Below are positions 29,224 through 39,477 of a stretch of 64,000 bases of DNA, one piece after another (positions within the stretch are counted from its first letter, which is position 1; the number at the start of each line of letters is the position of its first letter). The stretch spans positions 288,001 to 352,000 of the forward strand of contig JAVJQW010000012.1 of the NCBI GenBank assembly GCA_040218735.1. The letters run 5' to 3'. Made by a program: the position numbers and the translations under genes. This DNA comes from Deltaproteobacteria bacterium (GTDB lineage Bacteria; Myxococcota; Kuafuiibacteriia; Kuafuiibacteriales; Kuafuiibacteriaceae). The notes beneath the pieces were generated by a model, which did not search any database, was not told the DNA's origin, and saw only the letters and a program-made list of their open reading frames with translations.

Positions 29224-32200
29224 TTATCGGACGGCCTCTGCGTCGAACAATCGCAGCGCGCTTACGCGCATCGCGCGGCCGGTCGGGGTATCGGCGGCGG
29301 CGAGCCCGGAGGGGGGGCCTTCGAACTGGATCGCCCCACCCGCGCGGCCGGCGCCGGGTCCCAGCTCGACGACGCGGTCGGCGCACGCGATGAGCGGGAG
29401 GGCGTGCTCGACGACCACGACGGCGTGCCCCGCCTCGGCGAGCGCGTCGAAGAGCTTCACGAGGCGCGGCAGGTCGGCGAAGTGCAGGCCTCGCGCCGGT
29501 TCGTCGAAAGCAAAGACGGTCGGCTCGGCGCGACGACGGTCGGCGAGGGTTCGGGCCATCGCGAGGCGCTGAGACTCGCCGCCCGACAGCGCGTCGGTGC
29601 GACGGGCCGCCGAGAGGTGAGCCAGGCCGAGGCGACGCGCGGTCGCGAGGGGGGCGTCGAGCTTCGGCCAGTGTTCGGAGGCGAGCGCGGCGAGCGGGCG
29701 CGCGAGGACATCGGCGATCGAGTCGCCGGCGAGCTTCGTATCGAGCACCGCGCGGTCGTAGCGTGTGCCTTCGCAGGCGGGGCACGGCCGCACCGCGTCG
29801 GGGAGGAAGTCCATCGCGACGCGCTCCTCGCCGGTGCCGCGGCACACGTCGCAGCGGCCCTTGGAGCCGAACAAGAACCGCGACTTCGTAGCACCCGCCG
29901 CGCGCGCGAAGGCGGCGGCGATCGGCGCGACGAGATCGAGGTAGGTCGCGACGGTGCTCATCGGACCGTGCCCGACGGGGCGCGGCTCGACCGTCACCAT
30001 CGGCGCGGCGCGCTCGAGCGCGGCACACCCGACCGCGCGCTTCGCCGCGAGGCTGGAGGCGAGCACGTCGAAGACGAGCGTGGACTTGCCGCTCCCCGAC
30101 ACGCCGCAGACCGCGAGCACTTCGCCGAACGCGACCGAGAGATCGACGCCCTTCAGGTGGTGTCGATCGGCGCCGCGGATCGCGGGGCCCGGCGTGCGCG
30201 GGTGATCGCCGCGGGTCGGCATCGCGAGGGTGCCGGCGAGCAGTCGTCCCGTCGGCGTGTCCAGCTTCGCGACTTCGTTCGGCGCGCCGTCCGCCACGAC
30301 GCGACCTCCGGCGTCGCCCGCGCCGGGGCCGAGCTCCAGGATGCGGTCCGCGGATCGCATCATCGTGTCGTCGTGTTCGACGACCACCACCGTGTTGCCG
30401 ACGGCGGCGAGGTCCCGGACGACGTCGGCGAGGCGTTCGCGATCCACGACGTGCAGCCCGAGGCACGGTTCGTCGAGCACGTAACATACGTCCTGCACGC
30501 CCCCCACGAGGTGCGTCGCGATCTCCAGGCGGCGGTGCTCGCCGTGGGAGAGCGAGCGGGTCGTTCGGTCGAGCGTGAGGTGACCGAGGCCGAGCTGCAC
30601 GAGGCGCGCGAGCACCGGCCGCACCTCGTCGCGGACGGTGTCGGCGACCGCCTCGAGCGCCGGGTCGCCCGGGTGCAAGACATCGAGCGCATCGCCGAGC
30701 GTCGAAAGCTCCACCTTCGACAGCTCCGGGAGTCGGCTCGACCCGACGGTGACCGCGCGCGACGACGCCGACAACCGCTCCCCCGCGCAGACGTCACACG
30801 CGCGCTCGACCATCACCGCCTCGAAGGCCGGCCCGAGCTTTCGGTCGCGTTTCTTCTCGTACTCTTGTTCGACGAGCGCCGCGACGCCCTCCCACTTCGC
30901 ATCGAACGTGTGGAGCTTCTCGCCGCGCGCCTTCGCGTGCGCCCACTCGACGGTGAGCGTTGCGTCGCCGCCCGCGTCGATGCCGCGACGCGCTTCGACG
31001 TCGAGCGTTTGCCACGGTTGGTGCGGATCGATGCCCCGCGACGCGAGGAACGCGAGGAGGATCGCGTGCGGGCGTCCGTCGAGCTCGAAGACGAGGCGCC
31101 CCGCGCGGGTCTGCGCGAGGGCGCCCTCGGCGATCGAGCGTGAAGGGTCATCGACGAGCGCATCGACGTCGCAGCGCTGGCGCCGCCCGCGCCCGTCACA
31201 CGCGGGGCACGCGCCGAGCGCGTCGTTGAAGGAGAAGTGACTCGCCGACCGCTGTGACGCCCGCGCGAAGAGGAGGCGCAGCGCGGCGTCGATCCCGCTG
31301 AACGTCCCGACGGTGGAACGCGGATCCGGGTTCGGCGTGGTGGACCTCACCGCGACGGTCGGGCGGAGCGCACGCGCCTCGTCGAAGTCGGCGTTCGAAG
31401 TGATCGCGAGCCGTCGACGGAGGTACGGCGAGAACGACTCGGCGAAGCGGCGCCGGCCCTCCTCCGCGAGGGTGTCGAACGCGAGTGAGCTCTTGCCGCT
31501 CCCGGAGACGCCGGTGACCACGGTGACGGCGCGGTGCGGGAACGTAACGTCGACGCCGCGAAGGTTCCGGGTACGAACACCCCGAAGGTCGGTGCGATCC
31601 GCGGCCGGTGTGCTCGGTACGGAGCCCCCCGCCCCGGACCGCGTCGCCGCGTCTGGCCTCAGCTCCGCGCCGATCGTCGATGTTTCCGTCGCGACCAACG
31701 ACTCCGGGGTCCCGCTCGCGACGACGCGCCCGCCTTCGGGGCCCCGGCCCGGTCCCAGCTCGATGACATGGTCGGCGGCGGCGATGAACGCGAGGTCGTG
31801 GTCGGCGGCGACGACGGTCGCGCCGCGTTCGATCATCGCGTTGAGCGCGGTGACGAAGCGGTCGACGTCGCCCGCCCCGAGGCCGGTGGTGGGCTCGTCG
31901 AGCGCGACGAGGGTGCCCACGCCCGAGACCTTCGCCATCTGTTTGGCGAGCTGGAGGCGTTGGGCTTCGCCGCCGGAGAGCGTGGGTGCGGGTTGGCCGA
32001 GGGTGAGGTAGCCGAGGCCGATGGTCGACATGGCGCGGAGCCCGCGCTCTATCTTGGGCACTGACGCGAAGGTCTCGAGGGCTTCGTCGATCGTCGATGC
32101 GAGCACGTCGCGGATCGTGAGGCCGGCGTAGCGAACCTCGAGCACGGCGTCGGAGAAGCGGCGGCCCTCGCAGGCGGGGCAGATCACGGCGACCGCGGGG

Positions 32201-33963
32201 AGACTCATCAGCCCGACCATCTGGACGCCAGCGCCTTCGCAGCGCGGGCAGCGGCCCTCGGGTTTGTTGAACGAGAAGTGGCCCTTCGAGAACCCGCGCT
32301 CCTTGGCTTCGTCGGTCGCGGCGAACAGGTCGCGAATCACGTCGAAGACACCGGAGTAGGTCGCGGGGTTCGAGCGTGGGCTGCGGCCGATCTCCCCCTG
32401 TTCGACGGTGACGATCTTGTCGATGGAAGACGGGATCGTGCGGTCGCGAAGTCCGGGAACCAGGGTCCCCATCAGCAGGCTCGTCTTGCCGGCGCCGGAG
32501 AGGCCCGCGATCACGTTGAGGGCACCGACCTGCACGTCGACGTCGATGCTGGCGAGGTTGTTCACGTCCGCGCCGCGAATGTGGATGTGCTCCGTCGCGG
32601 GGCGCCGTTCTCTCGAATGGAATGTGATTCGGCGACGGTCTTCGTCGCGCGGTGTTCCGACGTACTCCAGACGTCCGCCGGCGTGGCCTGCGCCGGGACC
32701 GATCCGCACGACGTGGTCCGCGGCGCCGCGGATCTCGGGGTCGTGCTCGACGACGAACACGGAGTTGCCGCGGTCGCGGAGTGCGCGGAGCAGACCGACG
32801 AGCGCGCGGCGCTCGAGGACGTGGGCGCCCGCGCTCGGTTCGTCGAAGACGTAGGCGACGCCGGTCAGCTCGGTCCCGAGCTGGTTCGCGAGGCGCAAGC
32901 GGCGCGCCTCACCGGAGGAGAGCGTCCCGGCGGGCCGCGACAGGGCGAGGTGCGCGAGGCCCATCGTGTCGAGCCGCGCGGCCCGCTCGCGGATGCGGTC
33001 GAGGATCGGCGCAGCGTCTCCCCCACCTCCCAGCAGGTTCGAGACGTCACCGACCGTCGACTTGAAGGCCGCGTCGATCCCGAGTCCATTGAAACGCACC
33101 GCCCTCGCCTCCTGCGACAACCGCGTCCCGCCACAGGCGGAGCAGTCGACGGACGAGACGAAGCGGAGGATGTTTGCGTTGCGTTTCTTGGCGAGGGTCT
33201 CGCCGATCACCGGAACGAGGCCGCGGTAGTGCCCCATCTCGCGCGGCTTGGCCTTGATGCCGGTCCACTTCATACGCGACTCGAGCGAGTGTTTGCCGAA
33301 CGGCACCTCGACCTTGTCGCTGCCGAAGAAGATGACGTCGCGCTGCGCGTCGGTCAGCGCCCGCCAGGGGGTGTCGATGTCGAAGCCGTGCGCGCGGCAC
33401 ACGGTGTCGAGCGCCTCGGGCGTGACCTGGGAGTACACGATGTACCCGTTGGGGAGCGTCGGCACCAAGGCGCCTTCGCGGAGGCTCTTCGTCGCGTCGG
33501 CGACGATGCGCGCGGGGTCGACGAATTCCTCGCGGCCGAGCCCGCGGCACGCCGGGCACGCGCCCTCGGCGTTGAAGCTGAACAGCGATCGCGAGATCGG
33601 CGGGCCGTCCCCCTCCCGCGTGCCGAAGCGCGCCCAGAGCAGGCGCAGCTCGTCGCCGATCTCGCTGAGCGTGCCGACCGTCGAACGCGGGTTGTCGGTG
33701 ACGGCGCGCTGATCGATCGCGATGGTGGGTCGAACGCCCTCGATCGAATCGACCGGCGGACGCACGGCGCGTCCGAGCAAACGTCGGGTGTGGAGCGAGA
33801 GCGTCGCGAGATAGCGGCGCTCCCCTTCGCGGAAGATGGTGTCGAAGGCGAGGGACGACTTGCCCGACCCCGACACCCCCGTGAACACGACGAGCCGGTC
33901 GTGCGGGAGGTCGAGGTCGACGCCGACGAGGTTGTTGGCGCGCGCGCCGCGGATCGAGAGCAC
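29224..33963 (-). CDS. uvrA: Double-length UvrA-family ABC ATPase
   Basis: Starts [12 protein letters not shown]; four Walker A motifs (GVSGSGKS x3, GLSGAGKT), four signatures (LSSGE, LSGGE, LSHGE, LSGGE), eight CxxCxG motifs, RSNPATY. Confidence 0.9.
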   Translation of the reverse strand: MLSIRGARANNLVGVDLDLPHDRLVVFTGVSGSGKSSLAFDTIFREGERRYLATLSLHTRRLLGRAVRPPVDSIEGVRPTIAIDQRAVTDNPRSTVGTLSEIGDELRLLWARFGTREGDGPPISRSLFSFNAEGACPACRGLGREEFVDPARIVADATKSLREGALVPTLPNGYIVYSQVTPEALDTVCRAHGFDIDTPWRALTDAQRDVIFFGSDKVEVPFGKHSLESRMKWTGIKAKPREMGHYRGLVPVIGETLAKKRNANILRFVSSVDCSACGGTRLSQEARAVRFNGLGIDAAFKSTVGDVSNLLGGGGDAAPILDRIRERAARLDTMGLAHLALSRPAGTLSSGEARRLRLANQLGTELTGVAYVFDEPSAGAHVLERRALVGLLRALRDRGNSVFVVEHDPEIRGAADHVVRIGPGAGHAGGRLEYVGTPRDEDRRRITFHSRERRPATEHIHIRGADVNNLASIDVDVQVGALNVIAGLSGAGKTSLLMGTLVPGLRDRTIPSSIDKIVTVEQGEIGRSPRSNPATYSGVFDVIRDLFAATDEAKERGFSKGHFSFNKPEGRCPRCEGAGVQMVGLMSLPAVAVICPACEGRRFSDAVLEVRYAGLTIRDVLASTIDEALETFASVPKIERGLRAMSTIGLGYLTLGQPAPTLSGGEAQRLQLAKQMAKVSGVGTLVALDEPTTGLGAGDVDRFVTALNAMIERGATVVAADHDLAFIAAADHVIELGPGRGPEGGRVVASGTPESLVATETSTIGAELRPDAATRSGAGGSVPSTPAADRTDLRGVRTRNLRGVDVTFPHRAVTVVTGVSGSGKSSLAFDTLAEEGRRRFAESFSPYLRRRLAITSNADFDEARALRPTVAVRSTTPNPDPRSTVGTFSGIDAALRLLFARASQRSASHFSFNDALGACPACDGRGRRQRCDVDALVDDPSRSIAEGALAQTRAGRLVFELDGRPHAILLAFLASRGIDPHQPWQTLDVEARRGIDAGGDATLTVEWAHAKARGEKLHTFDAKWEGVAALVEQEYEKKRDRKLGPAFEAVMVERACDVCAGERLSASSRAVTVGSSRLPELSKVELSTLGDALDVLHPGDPALEAVADTVRDEVRPVLARLVQLGLGHLTLDRTTRSLSHGEHRRLEIATHLVGGVQDVCYVLDEPCLGLHVVDRERLADVVRDLAAVGNTVVVVEHDDTMMRSADRILELGPGAGDAGGRVVADGAPNEVAKLDTPTGRLLAGTLAMPTRGDHPRTPGPAIRGADRHHLKGVDLSVAFGEVLAVCGVSGSGKSTLVFDVLASSLAAKRAVGCAALERAAPMVTVEPRPVGHGPMSTVATYLDLVAPIAAAFARAAGATKSRFLFGSKGRCDVCRGTGEERVAMDFLPDAVRPCPACEGTRYDRAVLDTKLAGDSIADVLARPLAALASEHWPKLDAPLATARRLGLAHLSAARRTDALSGGESQRLAMARTLADRRRAEPTVFAFDEPARGLHFADLPRLVKLFDALAEAGHAVVVVEHALPLIACADRVVELGPGAGRAGGAIQFEGPPSGLAAADTPTGRAMRVSALRLFDAEAVR

Positions 33964-33965
33964 GC

Positions 33966-34853
33966 TCAGGCCAGCGCGCTCATCGTGTGGAAGCCGCTGT
34001 CGATGTAGATGACCTCGCCGGTGATCGAACGCGACAGCGGCGAGCACAGGAACACCGTCGCGTCCGCGACGTCCTCGCCGGTGATCGGGCGACGCAGCGG
34101 CGAGTGCTCGGCGGTCTTTTCGATCATCTCGTTCACGTCGCCGATCGAGCGCGCGGCGCGCGAGGCGTACGGGCCGGGCGACAGGAGGTTCACGCGGATG
34201 CCGTCGCCGCCGACGAAATGAGCGATGGTCCGTGCGTCGCACTCGAGCGCGGCCTTCGCGGTGGCCATGCCGCCGCCGTAGCCGGGGGTGGTGCGCTGCG
34301 ACGCGAGGTAGGTGAGGCCGACGACGCTAGCGTCGCGGTCCTTCATCATCGGCTGCGCGGCGCGGGTCATCGCGATGAGTGAGTAGCTGCTGATGCTCAT
34401 CGCGGTGAGGTACGCAGAGCGGCTCGTCAGGAGGTGGGAGTTCTGGATCTCCGGCGAGAAGGCGACGGAGTGGATCAGGAAGTCGATGCCCGCGCCGTTG
34501 GTGAGCTCGCTGTACTTGGCGAGCGCGCCGGCGATGGAGACGTCCTCGTCGCGGTAACCTTTGACGTTCTGTTTGTCCTCGGGGATGTCGGCGGCGGTGT
34601 CGTACTCGACGTCGCACCCGAAGATGGCGGCGGGTTTCATCTCACCCTCGACGCCGTACGGGAGCTGTCGCGACTCGGCGTATTTGTCGCGCTCGACGAA
34701 GCGCTGGACGATGCCGACCACACGCGGGTGGCAGGCGAGGTAGACCTCGGCGCCGGCGGCCTGCAGCGACTTCGCGATGTGCCAGGCGAAGCCTCCGTCG
34801 TCGGCGACGCCGGTGAGGAATGCGCGTTTACCAGTCAGGTCGATCGACAGCAT
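33966..34853 (-). CDS. fabI: Enoyl-ACP reductase (plant/Chlamydia-like FabI)
   Basis: IDLTGKRAFLTGVADDGG, LTYLAS, PGYGGGMATAKAALE, SRAARSIG. Confidence 0.9.
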   Translation of the reverse strand: MLSIDLTGKRAFLTGVADDGGFAWHIAKSLQAAGAEVYLACHPRVVGIVQRFVERDKYAESRQLPYGVEGEMKPAAIFGCDVEYDTAADIPEDKQNVKGYRDEDVSIAGALAKYSELTNGAGIDFLIHSVAFSPEIQNSHLLTSRSAYLTAMSISSYSLIAMTRAAQPMMKDRDASVVGLTYLASQRTTPGYGGGMATAKAALECDARTIAHFVGGDGIRVNLLSPGPYASRAARSIGDVNEMIEKTAEHSPLRRPITGEDVADATVFLCSPLSRSITGEVIYIDSGFHTMSALA

Positions 34854-34900
34854 GTGCGGTGCGTCCTAACCGACGAACGCGCACGTCGTCATCGTGAAAG

Positions 34901-35014
34901 TCAGGGGACGAACTGAGAGACGTGGAAGAGGAGCAGCGCGCCGAGTCCGAACGCGGACAGACCGACGAGCAGCGCGGTCTCGATGCGGGGGAGCGGGGTC
35001 GTCTGGGGGCTCAT
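34901..35014 (-). CDS. Putative 37-aa single-TM microprotein
   Basis: MSPQTTPLPRIETALLVGLSAFGLGALLLFHVSQFVP; the ATG lies 1 nt after the upstream stop; GC-rich third codon positions. Confidence 0.5.
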   Translation of the reverse strand: MSPQTTPLPRIETALLVGLSAFGLGALLLFHVSQFVP

Positions 35015-35015
35015 G

Positions 35016-35513
35016 TCACGGGTACGCACCCGAGGCCCGCTTGGATCCGAAGTCGAGTCCGACCCGCCGGTATAGATCCGCGAGGAGCCAGAGCGGACCG
35101 ATCAGGAGGAACTGCAAATCCTCGAAAAACGACGGCTTCTTGCCCTCGATGCGGTGCCCGATGAACTGGCCGACCCACGCGAGGACGAACAGCGCCGCCG
35201 ACGCACCCCATAGGGGGATGCTCCAGGTGGCCGCCTCCGCGACCAGCGCGAGCATCCCGCCGAACACCACGACCATCCCGAGCGCGAGGCGCGGCGCGAG
35301 CACGAGGTAGTAGAGCACCGCGCCCGCGGCGCCGACGGTGCCGAAGTGGATCCAACGCGTCGCGCCGGGGATCGGGAGGCCACAGCCCATGCCCAACATG
35401 CTCAGGACGATGAGCGGGATGCAGATCCAGTGGAGCAGCTTGTTCGTCGGGTTTCGGTGGCTCTCGCCGTAGCGATCGAGCCAGGTGTCGAGCGACTTCA
35501 CGCGGGCCAGCAT
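35016..35513 (-). CDS. DUF962/Mpo1-like membrane protein
   Basis: YGESHRNPTNKLLHWICIP...WVGQFIGHRIEGKKPSFFEDLQFLLIGPLW. Confidence 0.92.
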   Translation of the reverse strand: MLARVKSLDTWLDRYGESHRNPTNKLLHWICIPLIVLSMLGMGCGLPIPGATRWIHFGTVGAAGAVLYYLVLAPRLALGMVVVFGGMLALVAEAATWSIPLWGASAALFVLAWVGQFIGHRIEGKKPSFFEDLQFLLIGPLWLLADLYRRVGLDFGSKRASGAYP

Positions 35514-35575
35514 GGCCCGATCGGACGCATCCCGTCGATTGACCGTTTGGCCCAGACCCCCTAATCGAGCGTTCG

Positions 35576-35854
35576 ATGCGGTACCTCGTCCTCGCGGTGC
35601 TCCTGGCGGGTTGCGCCGCCACACGCGCGTCCCACGAGCAGCTGTTGGCGCGCGCGAGCTTCGACCTGGAGTGCGACGCCTCGGCGCTCGAGGTCGTGCA
35701 GATCGACGACAAGACGCGCGGCGTCAAAGGCTGCGGCCAGCGGGCGACCTACGTGAGCACCTGCGAGACGGGCGCCAACCGGTACGGGACGTACCAGCAC
35801 GACTGCACCTGGGTCATGAACGCGACGAACGGGCAGCCGACGGTGGCCAAGTAG
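35576..35854 (+). CDS. Small Cys-containing lipoprotein
   Basis: MRYLVLAVLLAGC; RASFDLEC...GVKGCGQRATY...C..W. Confidence 0.75.
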   Translation: MRYLVLAVLLAGCAATRASHEQLLARASFDLECDASALEVVQIDDKTRGVKGCGQRATYVSTCETGANRYGTYQHDCTWVMNATNGQPTVAK

Positions 35855-35856
35855 TC

Positions 35857-37554
35857 ATGGTCTCGATCGTCAGCACCGTCCGCGACATCCAGCGGCTCCG
35901 CGAGATCCTCACCGTGCTCGTGCGACACGGGTTCGGCGAGGTCGTGCAGCGCACGGGCCTCGGGCGGATCGCGGGGCGTCAGACGGAGGCAGACTCCACG
36001 GAGGACATCGCGGAGGTCGAGGCGCTGGTGTCGGCGGAGGCGCCGCCGCTGAAGCGGATTGGGTTCGGGGAGCGACTGAAGCTGGTGCTGCAGGATCTGG
36101 GGCCGAGCTTCGTGAAGCTGGGGCAGATCATGTCGACGCGGCCGGACGTGATCCCGGAGGACGTGGTGCGGGAGCTGAAGCAGCTCCAGGATCGCGTGAC
36201 GCCGCTGGAGTTCGAGGACCTCGAGGCGCAGATCCTCGCGGAGCTGGACCGGCCGATCGACGAGGTGTTCGAGGAGCTGGATCGGGCGCCGCTCGCGAGC
36301 GCGTCGATCGCGCAGGTGCACCGCGCCAAGCTGCGGACCGAGGACGGTCCGATCGACGTGGTGCTGAAGATTCAGCGGCCGGGGATCAAGAACACGATCG
36401 AGCGTGACCTGGACCTCCTGTACCTCCTCGCGAAGGCTTTGGAGCGCAGCATCCCGGAGGCGCGGATCTATTCGCCGGTGGGGATGGTGGCGGAGTTCGA
36501 TCGCGCGATCACGGCGGAGCTCGACTTCACGCGCGAGGCGGACAACGCGGAGCGCTTCGCGAAGTCGTTCGCCCACGACGAGACGGCGCGCTTCCCGAAG
36601 ATTTACCGCGACGCGAGCGGGAAGCGGCTGCTGACGATGGAGTTCCTGCGCGGGATGCACGTCACCGACGCGCTCGCGGCCGGGTACTCGGGCGAGAGGC
36701 TCGCGAAGAACACGCTGCAGATCGTCTTCAAGCAGATCTTCGAGGACGGCTTCTTCCACGGCGACCCGCACCCCGGGAACCTGATGATCCTGGGCGCGCC
36801 GGAGGAGCCGGTGCTCGGGATGATCGACCTCGGGCTAGTCGGTCGCCTGTCGCCGCAGATGCGCGACAAGACGGTGAACCTGCTCTTGGCGGCGGTGCAG
36901 CAGGACTCGCAGGGCGTCGCGGACGCGCTGTACGCGATCGGCACGCCGACGAAGCGCATCGATCGCGAGAAGTACGAGGCGGAGGTGACGTTCCTCGCGG
37001 AGCGTTACCTCGGCAAGCCGCTGAAGGAGATCGAGGTGTCGCTGCTGATCCGCGACATCGTGCAGGGCGCGATCAAGTACGGGCTGGAGATCCCGCCGGA
37101 GTTCTTGATGCTCGGTCGGACGCTGATGACGATCGAGGGCGTCGGCAAGGAGATGTACCCGGAGCTCGACGTCTTCTCGGAGATCCGGCCGTTCTTCGTC
37201 GACCTCGTGAAGCAGCGCTACAGCCCGGAGCGCCTGACGACGGATCTGTTCAAGACGGTGTCGCGCTTCGGCGAGACCGCGGGGCACCTGCCGACGAAGG
37301 TCGACGAGATCTTCGACGACCTGTTGCGCGGCTCGCTGGTGATCAACGCGCGCGATCCCGAGATGCCGAAGATCACCGACCTGCTCGGGCGCCGCATCTT
37401 CTCCGGCCTGACCGTCGCGGCGCTGATCGGCGGCGGGAGCCTCCTCGTCGCGAGCGGTGCGGGCGCGGTGGCGGGTTACATCATGCTCGGCACCGCGGGT
37501 GTCTGGCTGGTGGGCCACGGCCTGCGCGCGGCGCTGGCGTCGCGGAAGCTGTAG
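35857..37554 (+). CDS. ABC1/AarF/UbiB family kinase
   Basis: LGPSFVKLGQIMSTRPD, ASASIAQVHRA, FHGDPHPGN, IDLGLVG; C-terminal TM segments. Confidence 0.93.
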   Translation: MVSIVSTVRDIQRLREILTVLVRHGFGEVVQRTGLGRIAGRQTEADSTEDIAEVEALVSAEAPPLKRIGFGERLKLVLQDLGPSFVKLGQIMSTRPDVIPEDVVRELKQLQDRVTPLEFEDLEAQILAELDRPIDEVFEELDRAPLASASIAQVHRAKLRTEDGPIDVVLKIQRPGIKNTIERDLDLLYLLAKALERSIPEARIYSPVGMVAEFDRAITAELDFTREADNAERFAKSFAHDETARFPKIYRDASGKRLLTMEFLRGMHVTDALAAGYSGERLAKNTLQIVFKQIFEDGFFHGDPHPGNLMILGAPEEPVLGMIDLGLVGRLSPQMRDKTVNLLLAAVQQDSQGVADALYAIGTPTKRIDREKYEAEVTFLAERYLGKPLKEIEVSLLIRDIVQGAIKYGLEIPPEFLMLGRTLMTIEGVGKEMYPELDVFSEIRPFFVDLVKQRYSPERLTTDLFKTVSRFGETAGHLPTKVDEIFDDLLRGSLVINARDPEMPKITDLLGRRIFSGLTVAALIGGGSLLVASGAGAVAGYIMLGTAGVWLVGHGLRAALASRKL

Positions 37555-37557
37555 CGC

Positions 37558-38712
37558 TCAGGACGGGACGCGGTACAGGTCTGGATCGTACATCCGGATC
37601 CTCCGGACGACCTCGCCCTCGTCGTCGGTGAGCGCGAGGAGCTCACCGAAGAGCTCGCCGACGCCGAGTTTTTCGAGGAGCGGCCAGACCGGGCGTTTGT
37701 TCGTCCAGTGGTCGCGGCCGAAGAGGATCATCGGCGAGACCCAGCCGGTGGTCGCGTAGTGGTTCTGGGTGACGTCCTGGAAGATCTCCTGCGTCGTGCC
37801 CGCGCTGCCCGGCGCGTAGATGACGCCGTGGGAGGCGATGGAGAGCAGGCCGTCCTCGCGGACGCTGTTCGCGAAGTACTTCGCAATCTGGGTTGCAAAG
37901 ACCGCGGGGGGCTCGTGGCCGTAGAGCCAGGTCGGGACGCCGACGCTCAGCGCTTCGGCCTCGCGGCCCGCGGGGATCGCGAAGCGCTCGCGCACCGCCC
38001 ACGCGCGGTGGAGCCAGTCGGCGTCCGCGTACTCCTTCCCCGGCTTCGCCTCCGCCGGTCGCGGCGCGAGCATCTCGAGCGCCGCATCCAGATCGGCGTC
38101 GTCGCGCGGCGCGAAGTACGCGCCGAGGTGCGTCGCCTCCATCGCGCCGGGGCCGCCCCCGCTGACGAGGAGGAAGCCGTGCCGCGTGAGGGTGCGCGCG
38201 ATGCGCGCGACGCCGGCGTACATCGGGTCGCGGCGCTCCATCCCGTGGCCGCCCATGATCGCGACAACGGAGCGGCCCTCGATCAGCTCCTCGAGCGCGT
38301 CGGTGATCGAGTGATCGTGCAGGCGCCGCGCGAGGGATACGACGATCGACGACGTACGCTCGCGCCCGTGCGCTTCGTACTCCGCGAAGACGCGGTGATC
38401 GAAGGTCCGCTGGTAGCCCTTCGAATCTTCGGGCTCGAAGCCTTCGAACAGCTCGTCCGGCGTGTACAGGCGCGCGCGGTGTGTCGGGAACGTGAAGTCG
38501 TCGATCGCGCTGAACCAGAGCGCGCCGCGTTTGACGATCGCCCCCGCCAGCTCGCGCGACGCGCGACACGCGATGAACACCGAGCCCTCCAGGCTCGCGG
38601 CGCCAAGCGCCTCCGCGTACGGATCGAGGTGGAGCGACTGCACGGCGACGCACGGCTCGGTGCCCGCTTCGAGCCACGCCTCGAGCTGCTTCGGGTCGTC
38701 GATCTCTCGCAT
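37558..38712 (-). CDS. LOG-family (Rossmann-fold) nucleotide-binding protein
   Basis: MGGHG, SGGGPGAMEA, PTWLYGHEP, KYFANSVREDGLL, PGSAGTTQEIFQD. Confidence 0.85.
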   Translation of the reverse strand: MREIDDPKQLEAWLEAGTEPCVAVQSLHLDPYAEALGAASLEGSVFIACRASRELAGAIVKRGALWFSAIDDFTFPTHRARLYTPDELFEGFEPEDSKGYQRTFDHRVFAEYEAHGRERTSSIVVSLARRLHDHSITDALEELIEGRSVVAIMGGHGMERRDPMYAGVARIARTLTRHGFLLVSGGGPGAMEATHLGAYFAPRDDADLDAALEMLAPRPAEAKPGKEYADADWLHRAWAVRERFAIPAGREAEALSVGVPTWLYGHEPPAVFATQIAKYFANSVREDGLLSIASHGVIYAPGSAGTTQEIFQDVTQNHYATTGWVSPMILFGRDHWTNKRPVWPLLEKLGVGELFGELLALTDDEGEVVRRIRMYDPDLYRVPS

Positions 38713-38777
38713 GGACGCTCGCAACCTACCGGATGCTTCGACCCTTCGCAGTAGTCACCGAGCTATCATCGAGCCCG

Positions 38778-39344
38778 ATGAGCACCGTCGAGCGAATCCG
38801 GAGCGCATTCGATCCGCTCGCGGATCGTTTTGGTCTCACGCATCGATCCCAGGACGTCGGCCCGCGGGAGGTCGTCGTCCGCTACCACAACGACGTCGTG
38901 CGGCTGCGCATCGTCGCGGAGGCCGGCGCGGCGCCTTCGGTGATGGTCGGCGCGAAGGACGGTCTCGTCTTCGGCCTCGGCGAGCTCGGCGCAGTGGCCG
39001 AAGACGACGACTTCGTCGCCCTCGCTGCGCGCACGGCCGAGTACGCCGATGCGATCCTCGCCGGTGACTTCTCTTCCTTCGACCGCCTTCGCCGCGAGCG
39101 CGCCGCGCGCGTTCGGGAGGACAACCAAGCGCGGTGGGGCACGGCCACCGGCGAGACCCCGCGGTTCGACGAGCGCCCCACGCTCGAGGCGCTGTTCAGC
39201 GACGCCCACAACGACGGCCTCCGCACCGCCCGCGCCTACCAGGGGCACTGGGACTACGCGTACGCTCTCGAAGAGCTCGCGACCTTCCTCGGCGAATCCG
39301 TCGCGGACGTTCAGCGGCGCCTCGACGACTGGGATCGGGTTTAG
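38778..39344 (+). CDS. Hypothetical protein with possible C-terminal HTH
   Basis: Host-like codon usage; C-terminus YALEELATFLGESVADVQRRL. Confidence 0.6.
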   Translation: MSTVERIRSAFDPLADRFGLTHRSQDVGPREVVVRYHNDVVRLRIVAEAGAAPSVMVGAKDGLVFGLGELGAVAEDDDFVALAARTAEYADAILAGDFSSFDRLRRERAARVREDNQARWGTATGETPRFDERPTLEALFSDAHNDGLRTARAYQGHWDYAYALEELATFLGESVADVQRRLDDWDRV

Positions 39345-39448
39345 CTCACGGGTTTGTCGCCTCGAGATCGCGCCCGGACGAACGGAGGATCTCGAACGAA
39401 TTTCGGACATCCGGACAACCGGGACGGGCGCATCCGCGCTGACACGCT

Positions 39449-39464
39449 TGGCACGATTCCTGGA
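39449..39464 (+). promoter_or_regulatory. Candidate sigma54 promoter (variant -12)
   Basis: TGGCACGATTCCTGGA: perfect -24 TGGCACG, -12 reads CTGG; several CGGAC repeats upstream (39375-39425). Confidence 0.4.
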
Positions 39465-39477
39465 ATTCGGTCACGCC

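Noticed and set aside
15419-34853. Plant/Chlamydia-like genes (TM-type RNase Z, double UvrA, FabI, plus the NTT) considered as one transferred island
   Set aside because: The genes are scattered, have host-like codon usage and lack mobility signatures.
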